Source: Pseudodesulfovibrio mercurii (lineage in GTDB: Bacteria > Desulfobacterota > Desulfovibrionia > Desulfovibrionales > Desulfovibrionaceae). From it: a DNA stretch of 32,000 nt. The stretch lies in assembly GCF_000189295.2 (NCBI RefSeq), contig NC_016803.1:3300001-3332000 (forward strand), in the 5' to 3' direction. The first letter of the stretch is position 1; each line of letters begins with the position of its first letter. Both the position numbers and the translations under genes were made by a program. This document shows positions 25,802 through 32,000 of the stretch, piece by piece. The notes below the pieces were generated by a model. The model saw only the letters and a program-made list of their open reading frames with translations, was not told the DNA's origin and did no database searches.

Positions 25802-25978
25802 GATGAACCTCCGATTTCGTGTTTCCGCTCACAAATAATATATAGGGCAAAACCGATGAAGTGAAAAGGGGACCGGGGCAGAAATTGGCCTCCTTTACGG
25901 TTGCCTGGGCAGGCGGTCTGGTGTATGGTCTTGTCCTGCTCTGAGCGCTTCGCATTCGTGAAGCGGAGGAATTCCCCC

Positions 25979-26575
25979 ATGCGCGCGTTGTTTTTTCTCG
26001 TCGCCTTCATCGCGATGATCGTCTTTTCCGCCCCGGTCTGGGCTTCGTTGCCCTATTACAATGCCGACATGGGCTACACAATCTGGCTGCCCAAAAGTTG
26101 GACCGAGGCCACGCCGGATTCGCTGGACGCCTTCGAGCGGACCTGCGGGACCAGTCCGGTGCAGGGCGCGGCCCCCGACTGGCGGGCGGGCTACGTTGAT
26201 CCGCACGGCGGACGGGCGTGCCGGCTGCTGGTGGAGGTCAAGCCCGGCCGTCGGATGCTCGACGCCGACATCTCCAATTTCAACCGGTTCCTGGTCCGTT
26301 CCCTGACCCGTTCCCTGCGCGAGCGGGTCCGGCTGCCGGGCGACCCGGTGACGGTCTTCAAGGGCGCGGACTATTTCCCGGACAAGAAGACCCTGCGCAT
26401 CGAGACCGAGGTGGCCGGGAACGGCACGACCGTGGTCAGCCTGGCCTACATCGTCTACACCCGCAAGGGCATGCTGGCCTTCACGGCCTTCGTGGACCCG
26501 GCGGACCGGGAGGCCCGGCAGACAGTGGACAAGGCCGTGCTCTCGCTCTACCTGGACGACCGGTTGCGCTACTGA
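25979..26575 (+). CDS. Hypothetical secreted protein (198 aa)
   Basis: A GGAGGA SD lies 7 nt upstream of ATG 25979. The signal peptide is MRALFFLVAFIAMIVFSAPVWA. Composition is normal for a protein. I recognise no domain. Confidence 0.6.
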   Translation: MRALFFLVAFIAMIVFSAPVWASLPYYNADMGYTIWLPKSWTEATPDSLDAFERTCGTSPVQGAAPDWRAGYVDPHGGRACRLLVEVKPGRRMLDADISNFNRFLVRSLTRSLRERVRLPGDPVTVFKGADYFPDKKTLRIETEVAGNGTTVVSLAYIVYTRKGMLAFTAFVDPADREARQTVDKAVLSLYLDDRLRY

Positions 26576-26633
26576 CCGGCCCTTTGGCCGGACCGTTGAC
26601 TGGCCGCACCGGGCCGGATACCATCGGGCCGAT

Positions 26634-26673
26634 GGGAACGGATGGTTCCCGGTGCGCACTTTTGGGTGCGCAC
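26634..26673. promoter_or_regulatory. Inverted repeat GGGAAC-N5-GTTCCC followed by two copies of GGTGCGCAC (core GTGCGCAC is self-complementary) 14 bp apart
   Basis: Read directly from the sequence. GGGAAC ggatg GTTCCC lies at 26634-26650. The GTGCGCAC cores lie at 26652-26659 and 26666-26673. The element is 50-90 bp upstream of the sigma54 promoter candidate, so it could be an enhancer (UAS), or a terminator hairpin for the upstream gene. Confidence 0.4.
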
Positions 26674-26721
26674 GCATTGCGCGGGCAGGGTCGGCTATGC
26701 GGAATCATTGGATTTTCTGCG

Positions 26722-26737
26722 CGGCACGTCCTTTGCT
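26722..26737 (+). promoter_or_regulatory. Sigma54 (-24/-12) promoter candidate
   Basis: CGGCACGTCCTTTGCT matches the consensus TGGCACG-N4-TTGCW at GGCACG and TTGCT, with exact GG-N10-GC spacing. It lies in an intergenic region 23 nt upstream of the GTG start at 26760. Confidence 0.6.
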
Positions 26738-26759
26738 TCGAGCAGGTCAGGAGGCCCGA

Positions 26760-27005
26760 GTGAAGAAGATCCTATTGGCAACAGTCCTCACTCTCGTGAT
26801 GCTCTCTCCGGCATGGGCGGCGGATGTCCGCTTCCCGCCGGGTTCTTGGCTCGTGGCCTCCAAACAGGAAGACGGCCGCAACGGCAACGCGAAGAGTCGG
26901 CAGGAGGAGGAGAAGAAACCGTCCACGGTCATCATCAAGGGCAAGGGCGGCAAGGTCACCGGCGTGGAGCAGGACCCGCAGCAGCGTCCGTCCAAGAAGC
27001 GCTGA
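26760..27005 (+). CDS. Small secreted, highly charged protein (81 aa, GTG start)
   Basis: An AGGAGG SD lies 5 nt upstream of GTG 26760. The signal peptide is VKKILLATVLTLVMLSPAWA, followed by ADV. The mature part of about 60 aa is Lys/Glu/Gln/Gly-rich. A very strong terminator lies 19 nt downstream. Confidence 0.55.
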   Translation: MKKILLATVLTLVMLSPAWAADVRFPPGSWLVASKQEDGRNGNAKSRQEEEKKPSTVIIKGKGGKVTGVEQDPQQRPSKKR

Positions 27006-27023
27006 GTCCCCCCCGGACCACGC

Positions 27024-27061
27024 AAAAAGCCCCCGGAACCGCCTGGTTCCGGGGGCTTTTT
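27024..27061. terminator. Bidirectional rho-independent terminator
   Basis: A perfect 13-bp stem (AGCCCCCGGAACC, GCCT loop, GGTTCCGGGGGCT) is flanked by A5 and T5. It lies between convergent genes. Confidence 0.9.
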
Positions 27062-27079
27062 GCGCGCCGCGGGGGCGGG

Positions 27080-27583
27080 CTACTGGGCTGTGCCGCAGGC
27101 CGGGATCTGGGGGTCGGCGCCGCTCTCCATGAGCTTGGTCCGATACTCCTTGACCTCGTCCAGGGAGTTCCAGCCCTCGTACATCTCCATCCAGCCGTCG
27201 AAGTCCATGTATCCCTCGTCCAGGTGCGGCTCGTGCATCTTCAGCCAGACGTTGAAGAGGTACATCTCCACCTTGAACTTGGCGTCGTCGAAGACCTGGG
27301 GCAGGACCGTGGGTTCGTACTTCTCGCCGTCCAGGCGCGCGGCCACGAAGGAGCAGACGTTGTCCTGGGAGCGCTTGTAGTCCAGGGGGGCGTCGTTGAC
27401 CAGGTCCGCGAAGCGGTGCAGGACCGGGTGGCTCTTCTCGATCTCGAGCATGCGCTCCTCGGGGATCTCGATGCGCAACTGGCCGTCCTTCTCGACCGCG
27501 AAGTAGAACCGGATCCACTGGTCGAACTGGAAGATTTCAACGGCATCCCTGATGGCATTCTTCACGCTGACGCTTCTGAGCAT
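27080..27583 (-). CDS. Hypothetical acidic cytoplasmic protein (167 aa)
   Basis: An AGAGGG SD-like sequence lies upstream of ATG 27583. The composition is balanced but acidic and aromatic-rich (MLRSVSVKNAIRDAVEIFQFDQW...). I recognise no domain. The longer track ORF (to 27802) adds an implausible leader. Confidence 0.6.
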   Translation of the reverse strand: MLRSVSVKNAIRDAVEIFQFDQWIRFYFAVEKDGQLRIEIPEERMLEIEKSHPVLHRFADLVNDAPLDYKRSQDNVCSFVAARLDGEKYEPTVLPQVFDDAKFKVEMYLFNVWLKMHEPHLDEGYMDFDGWMEMYEGWNSLDEVKEYRTKLMESGADPQIPACGTAQ

Positions 27584-27669
27584 GGCATTTCCCTCTGGTG
27601 GTTTGCTTGGAGTCGGGAATATGGACATCATACCGTTTCGAGTCAAGGGGAAATCGGGCGCGACGGGGG

Positions 27670-27697
27670 TAGACAAAGCGGAGGCAGTTGTTATATG
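27670..27697 (+). promoter_or_regulatory. Sigma70-like promoter candidate (TAGACA-N16-TATATG)
   Basis: The -35 matches 5/6 and the -10 matches 4/6, with a 16-nt spacer. It lies about 60 nt upstream of the small basic ORF. Confidence 0.3.
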
Positions 27698-27755
27698 AAG
27701 TGCGGCTCGCAAGACAGAAAAGCCCGCACCGGGCCGTAATATCAAGGAGACAGAC

Positions 27756-27869
27756 ATGGCACGCCACAAGAAGCACGAACGCATGAAGGAATTGGACCGC
27801 AAGCGTCATCGCCGCCAGAAGGCCATCAAGGCCCGCATCCGGGAAGCCAAGGCAGAAGCCAAGGCCTAA
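27756..27869 (+). CDS. Small highly basic protein (37 aa), below the ORF-track length cutoff
   Basis: AAGGAGA lies 5 nt upstream of ATG 27756. My own translation is MARHKKHERMKELDRKRHRRQKAIKARIREAKAEAKA, ending at TAA 27867-27869. Third codon positions are G/C-rich, as in neighbouring genes. Confidence 0.45.
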   Translation: MARHKKHERMKELDRKRHRRQKAIKARIREAKAEAKA

Positions 27870-28006
27870 CCGGCCGCGCACGTGCGCCGCGCGTCGGCGC
27901 ACGGATTTTCGCCGGGCCGCACCTTGGGTGCGGCTCCGGGGTTCACCCGCGCCCCGCATGAGGCGCAACAACATTCGCCTTTGCCGTCGAAGGAACGTTT
28001 TCAGTC

Positions 28007-28318
28007 ATGCCCATCTACGAGTATCAATGCCAATCCTGCCACGCCGTTTTCGAGGAGTGGCAGTCCGGATTCGAGGAACACGAAATGCGCTGCCCGGAGT
28101 GCGGCGGCGAATCCAAGAAGCTTATTTCCCACTCTTCCTTCCACCTGAAGGGGGGCGGCTGGTTCGCCGACGGCTATGGCGGACACAGCGCCGGGAACAA
28201 GCCCGGCGAAGCGCAGGCGCCCTCGGACAACGCGGGCTCCGAATCCAAGGCCAAGCCCGAGAAGGCTCCGGCCTGCCCCGCCAAGGCGGACACGTCCAGC
28301 GCGGGTTCCGCGTCCTAG
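28007..28318 (+). CDS. FmdB-family zinc-ribbon protein (CxxC...CxxC)
   Basis: MPIYEYQCQSCHAVFE ... RCPECGG is the canonical FmdB/CxxC_CxxC_SSSS N-terminus. A low-complexity tail follows. Confidence 0.8.
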   Translation: MPIYEYQCQSCHAVFEEWQSGFEEHEMRCPECGGESKKLISHSSFHLKGGGWFADGYGGHSAGNKPGEAQAPSDNAGSESKAKPEKAPACPAKADTSSAGSAS

Positions 28319-28327
28319 GCACGCGTC

Positions 28328-28354
28328 AAAGGCAGCATCACGCTGCCTTTTTTT
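28328..28354 (+). terminator. Rho-independent terminator
   Basis: GGCAGC, an ATCAC loop and GCTGCC are followed by TTTTTTT, 10 nt after the stop at 28318. Confidence 0.85.
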
Positions 28355-28444
28355 ATGGGCTCGCGGCCCTTGAGTTTTTGCGCCGCCGTTGCCATAGTAT
28401 GCCGTTCGCGCGGCCGAGCACCCTAACACGGAGAGAACAAGACG

Positions 28445-29743
28445 ATGCTTGAACGGTATTCCCGTCCCGAGATGCGGGCGTTGTGGACCCTGGAAAACAA
28501 GTTCCGGGTCTGGCTGGAAGTGGAATTGGCTGTGGTCCGGGCCTGGACCGCCATGGGCAGGGTCCCGCAGGCCGCCTGCGACGAGATTCATGAGAAGGCC
28601 GACTTCGACGTGGACCGCATCCTGGAGATCGAGGAGACCACCAAGCACGACGTCATCGCCTTCCTGTCTGCCGTGGAGGAGAAGGTCGGACCGAGTTCCC
28701 GCTTCATCCACCTGGGCTGCACCTCCTCGGACATCGTGGACACGGCCAACGGACTGCTCCTGACCCGGGCGGGCGACATCATCAGTCAGGGCATCGACCG
28801 CATGCTCGAGGTCCTCAAGGGGCTGGCCTACAAGCACAAGGGGCTGCTGTGCATGGGCCGGACCCACGGCATCCACGCCGAGCCGACCACCTACGGCCTG
28901 AAGTTCACCGGGTTCTACGCCGAGTTCACCCGCCACAAGGCGCGCTTCGACGCGGCCCGCGAGAACATCCGCGTGGGCAAGCTGTCCGGCGCGGTGGGCA
29001 CCTTCGCCCACTCCGGGCCCGAACTGGAGGAGCGCACCTGCGCCTTCCTCGGCCTGACCCCGGACCCGCACTCCACCCAGATCGTGCAGCGCGACCGCTA
29101 CGCCCAGTTTTTCACCGCCCTGGCCATGCTGGCCGGGGGCATCGAACGGATCGGCCTGGAGCTCAGGCACCTGCAGCGCACCGAGGTCTCCGAGGTGGAG
29201 GAGGGGTTCACCAAGGGCCAGAAGGGCTCCTCGGCCATGCCCCACAAGAAGAACCCCATCTCGGCCGAAAACCTCTGCGGCCTGTCCAGGGTCATCCGCT
29301 CCAACTCCCTGGCGGCCATGGAGAACCAGGCCCTGTGGCACGAGCGCGACATCTCCCACTCCTCGGTGGAGCGGGTCATCATGCCGGACTCCACCGCGCT
29401 CATGGACTACATGCTCCACCGCATGGCGGGCGTGCTTGAGCGGCTGGTGGTCAAGGAGGACGTCATCGAGCGCAACCTGCTGAGTTCCTTCGGCCTGTTC
29501 TACTCCCAGCGGGTTTTGAACAAGCTCATCGACACCGGGCTCAAGCGCCAGGAGGCCTACGAGATGGTCCAGAAGGTGGCCATGCGCTGCTGGGAGAACC
29601 GCGTCCAGTTCGAGGACGAGATCCGTAACGACCCGGAAGTGCACAAACATCTCGATTCTAACGAACTTGACGAAGCTTTTGACCCTTCGTATTACAAACG
29701 GTATGAGGACGTGATCTTCGAGCGCGTCTTCCAAGGAAAATAG
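28445..29743 (+). CDS. purB: Adenylosuccinate lyase
   Basis: MLERYSRPEMRALWTLENKFRVWLEVELAV is the conserved PurB N-terminus. The fumarate-lyase signature region reads GSSAMPHKKNP. At 432 aa, the length is typical. A GGAGA SD precedes the start. Confidence 0.95.
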   Translation: MLERYSRPEMRALWTLENKFRVWLEVELAVVRAWTAMGRVPQAACDEIHEKADFDVDRILEIEETTKHDVIAFLSAVEEKVGPSSRFIHLGCTSSDIVDTANGLLLTRAGDIISQGIDRMLEVLKGLAYKHKGLLCMGRTHGIHAEPTTYGLKFTGFYAEFTRHKARFDAARENIRVGKLSGAVGTFAHSGPELEERTCAFLGLTPDPHSTQIVQRDRYAQFFTALAMLAGGIERIGLELRHLQRTEVSEVEEGFTKGQKGSSAMPHKKNPISAENLCGLSRVIRSNSLAAMENQALWHERDISHSSVERVIMPDSTALMDYMLHRMAGVLERLVVKEDVIERNLLSSFGLFYSQRVLNKLIDTGLKRQEAYEMVQKVAMRCWENRVQFEDEIRNDPEVHKHLDSNELDEAFDPSYYKRYEDVIFERVFQGK

Positions 29744-29753
29744 GATGACCGGA

Positions 29754-29780
29754 CCCGGATCGCGGTCTTCATGATCCGGG
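29754..29780 (+). terminator. Stem-loop after purB (CCCGGATC, 11-nt loop, GATCCGGG), no U-tract
   Basis: A perfect 8-bp inverted repeat lies 10 nt after the purB stop. Confidence 0.35.
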
Positions 29781-29908
29781 GAACGGCAGCGGGGCCGACG
29801 CGCGACGCCGTGTTCGCCCAGCAGGCCTTTGCGGCCGCCGGGAGACGGGGCTCGCCGGGGAAACGCGCGGCCCGGTTCGGGGTAACGCAGGAGCGGTAGT
29901 AACATCAG

Positions 29909-31168
29909 ATGCGGGTAGCCTTCTTCGTCCTGACACTCGTCTTGTCCGCGACCACGGCCGTGGCCGGGGGCTGGGCGCCGCTGCTTTCGTCCCATTCCTA
30001 CGGGCCGAAGCGGATCATCGCCGTGGACAAGGAAGCGCAGGAACTGATCGTCCTCGAACAGCAGTCGCCCCTGCACGAGGTGCGCCGCTTCCCCTGCACC
30101 ACGGGCCAGTCCATGGGCGACAAGGCCGTGGAAGGCGACATGCGCACCCCGGTGGGCGTCTATTTCGTGGGCCACCGCATCAACCGCACGCTGGACTGGG
30201 ACCTGTACGGCAACATCGCCTATTCCCTCAATTATCCCAACCCCATCGACCGCATCAAGGGCAAGACCGGGTCCGGCATCTGGCTGCACGGCCGGGGCAA
30301 GACCTTCCTGCCGCGCGACACCCTCGGCTGCGTGGCCCTGAAGGTCCCGGACATGAAGGACGTGGCCCTGGACGCGGCCTACGGCACCCCGGTGGTCATC
30401 GCCGACGACGTCAACTGGTCCCCGGAGCCTGGCGAGAGCGAGGTCACGGCCCTGACCCTGGCCAAGACCCTCGAGGCCTGGGCCCGCGACTGGGGCGCCA
30501 AGGACGAGAAATTCTTTTCCTACTACGACGGCCCGCTGCTCGAACAGTCCGAGGGCCTCGACTTCGAGGGGTTCGAGGAGAACAAGCGCAACATCTTCGC
30601 CTCCCAGCCCTGGATTCAGGTCATGGTCGGCAACGTCCGGGCCGTGCCCGGCCCCGGCTACTGGGTGACCTGGTTCGACCAGTACTACCGCACCCAGGGC
30701 ATGGCCTCGACCACGGGCAAGCGGTTCTACTGGGTGCAGGACGAACAGGGCGACTGGCGCATCGCCGGGCGCGAGTACGTCCCGGCCTCGGAGCCGCTGG
30801 ACGCCCAGTACCTGGCCGCCAAGACCGGGGAGGCCCGCGAGGTGGTCGAGAAGTGGCGCCGCGCATGGCTCGCCGGGGACGTGGCCGCCTACGAGAAATT
30901 CTACGAGCCCGACGCCGAGCAAGGGGACCGGCGGGGCGCGACCCGCATCGCCGAATACAAAAAGACGTTGTGGGAGGAGAAACCTCCTGTTACCTTGGAG
31001 GTTGATGATCTGAAAGTCGCTTTGCATCCCAAGGGGCTCAAGGTGGCCTTTGACCAGGTGTACGCCGACGCCAGCGGCTATGGGGACAGGGGGCGCAAGA
31101 CCCTGATCCTGGTACCCGAAGGCGATACCTGGAAAATCGACAGCGAGCAGTGGAGACGGATGAGATGA
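29909..31168 (+). CDS. L,D-transpeptidase (YkuD) family protein with two C-terminal NTF2/SnoaL-like repeats
   Basis: A signal peptide is present. The YkuD catalytic block reads GIWLHGRG ... RDTLGCVAL (His ... Cys). Two related C-terminal segments each end in W(R/K)I (DEQGDWRIAG and EGDTWKIDSEQW). Confidence 0.8.
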   Translation: MRVAFFVLTLVLSATTAVAGGWAPLLSSHSYGPKRIIAVDKEAQELIVLEQQSPLHEVRRFPCTTGQSMGDKAVEGDMRTPVGVYFVGHRINRTLDWDLYGNIAYSLNYPNPIDRIKGKTGSGIWLHGRGKTFLPRDTLGCVALKVPDMKDVALDAAYGTPVVIADDVNWSPEPGESEVTALTLAKTLEAWARDWGAKDEKFFSYYDGPLLEQSEGLDFEGFEENKRNIFASQPWIQVMVGNVRAVPGPGYWVTWFDQYYRTQGMASTTGKRFYWVQDEQGDWRIAGREYVPASEPLDAQYLAAKTGEAREVVEKWRRAWLAGDVAAYEKFYEPDAEQGDRRGATRIAEYKKTLWEEKPPVTLEVDDLKVALHPKGLKVAFDQVYADASGYGDRGRKTLILVPEGDTWKIDSEQWRRMR

Positions 31169-31872
31169 GCGATTCCAAGTACAGCGTGCTCTTCATGCGC
31201 GACGACCGGGACGTGACCCGGTACCGTCTCAGCCCGTTCTGGTTGAAGATGTTCGTCTTCAGCCAGATATTCCTCCTGCTCTGCGCGGCGGGCGGCATTT
31301 ACATGGGCGTGCGCGGGTTCAGGATCAACGCCGCCCTCCAGTCGGAGAAAAAAGGGCTGGAGCAGAGGCTGGTGGATGCCGAGGTCCGCCTGGAGCGGCT
31401 GGGCAACATGGAGAAGATCCTGGAGTCCTACGACCCGGCGGAGCTGCAGTCCCTGCTGTCGGCGGCCACCACCGAGGCCGAGCAGCCCCAGCCGCGCGAA
31501 GAGGTCAACCTGAACACGATCTTCACCCGCACCGACACCCGCCAGGTGGGGGTCGAGAACATGCAGGCCAAGCTGTCGGGCCGCAAGCTGACCGTCTCCT
31601 TCGAGCTGAACAATCTCCAGGCCTCCAAGTCCATGGCGGGTCAGGCGGATTTCATCTACCTGACCAAGAGCGGCGCGGTCGAGGACGCCGAGACCAACAA
31701 GGACGACCTGTCGTTCCAGATCCAACGCTTCAAGCGCATCCAGACCACCTTCCTCCTGCCCGAGGGCATGGAGCGCAAGGACCTGTTCGGGCTGCGTCTT
31801 GAGATCAAGGGAAAGGATGGCGATGTCATTTTTGCCGAAACGTATCCCTTCTATCACATTCTGGCTTCCTAG
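31165..31872 (+). CDS. Hypothetical membrane-anchored protein (235 aa)
   Basis: ATG 31165 overlaps the L,D-transpeptidase stop (ATGA), and GGAGA lies upstream. One TM segment is present (FVFSQIFLLLCAAGGIYMGV), followed by a coiled-coil-like region. I recognise no domain. Confidence 0.6.
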   Translation: MSDSKYSVLFMRDDRDVTRYRLSPFWLKMFVFSQIFLLLCAAGGIYMGVRGFRINAALQSEKKGLEQRLVDAEVRLERLGNMEKILESYDPAELQSLLSAATTEAEQPQPREEVNLNTIFTRTDTRQVGVENMQAKLSGRKLTVSFELNNLQASKSMAGQADFIYLTKSGAVEDAETNKDDLSFQIQRFKRIQTTFLLPEGMERKDLFGLRLEIKGKDGDVIFAETYPFYHILAS

Positions 31873-32000
31873 CCTGATCCTTCTCGTCTTCGCCTCCACC
31901 GCCCCGGCCGGGTCGTGGGAGCATTCCTTTTTCGCGGGCACCCAATATCCCCTCAAGGTCACCTACCTCCAGGGCGAACAGCCCGGCCCCACGGTCATGG
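31823..32000 (+). CDS. Secreted protein, 3' end beyond the window (possibly an M14/MpaA-like peptidase N-terminus; function not established)
   Basis: The frame is open to the window end. It is absent from the ORF track, presumably because no stop codon falls within the window. My translation is MSFLPKRIPSITFWLPSLILLVFASTAPAGSWEHSFFAGTQYPLKVTYLQGEQPGPTVM. It shows a signal-peptide-like hydrophobic core. GAAAGG lies 6 nt upstream of ATG 31823. The gene overlaps the previous one by 50 nt. Confidence 0.4.
   Translation, partial: MSFLPKRIPSITFWLPSLILLVFASTAPAGSWEHSFFAGTQYPLKVTYLQGEQPGPTVM

Noticed and set aside
28370-28400. Sigma70-like promoter for purB (TTGAGT ... TAGTAT)
   Set aside because: The spacer is 19 nt, outside the functional 16-18 nt range. 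No better -35 element is available, so I did not report it as a feature.
28001-31027. A 1008-aa minus-strand ORF antisense to the FmdB, purB and L,D-transpeptidase genes
   Set aside because: It is a shadow frame that crosses two terminators and three genes whose products are unambiguous on the plus strand.
1-32000. CRISPR arrays, IS elements or integrases, prophage genes, tRNA/rRNA genes, toxin-antitoxin or known defence-system genes
   Set aside because: I saw no regularly spaced direct repeats, no transposase/integrase/recombinase motifs in any frame, and no cloverleaf-like sequences in the intergenic regions. The window looks like core chromosome rather than a mobile island.

Overview
High-GC (about 65%) chromosomal segment. 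Gene content fits an anaerobic delta-proteobacterial (Desulfovibrio-like) genome, which is inference from gene families only. I support about 30 protein-coding genes. I see no rRNA, tRNA, CRISPR array, transposase or integrase. Order along the window: (1) the distal end of a Tad/Flp pilus locus (tadA partial, tadB, tadC, a TadD-like TPR lipoprotein fused to a SPOR domain), followed by a PAS hybrid histidine kinase; (2) a PP2C-like phosphatase and a 3-gene ABC importer (binding protein, ATPase, fused double permease); (3) a convergent DUF3391/HD-GYP protein; (4) an AT-rich divergent control region, a small membrane-anchored protein, and a two-gene operon on the minus strand for an LTXXQ (Spy/CpxP/ZraP-like) periplasmic protein and a SHOCT protein, both with Gly/Met-rich tracts; (5) a 941-aa GlmS-like amidotransferase with two SIS domains and large insertions; (6) a CheY-like receiver plus GAF/HD-GYP operon; (7) a minus-strand block of sensor kinase, sigma54-dependent NtrC-type regulator, CheV and a DUF885-like protein; (8) an acylphosphatase-like gene, two secreted hypothetical proteins, an acidic hypothetical, a 37-aa basic ORF absent from the ORF track, an FmdB zinc-ribbon protein and purB; (9) an L,D-transpeptidase cluster running off the window. 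The most interesting observations are: a near-consensus sigma54 promoter with tandem palindromes in front of an 81-aa secreted charged protein, next to the NtrC-type system; the oversized GlmS paralog; the Gly/Met-rich LTXXQ-SHOCT pair; and an HD-GYP domain split by an insertion. Most very long ORFs in the six-frame track are high-GC shadow frames and were rejected. All functional calls rest on motifs I recognised by eye in the translations. No database search was run.
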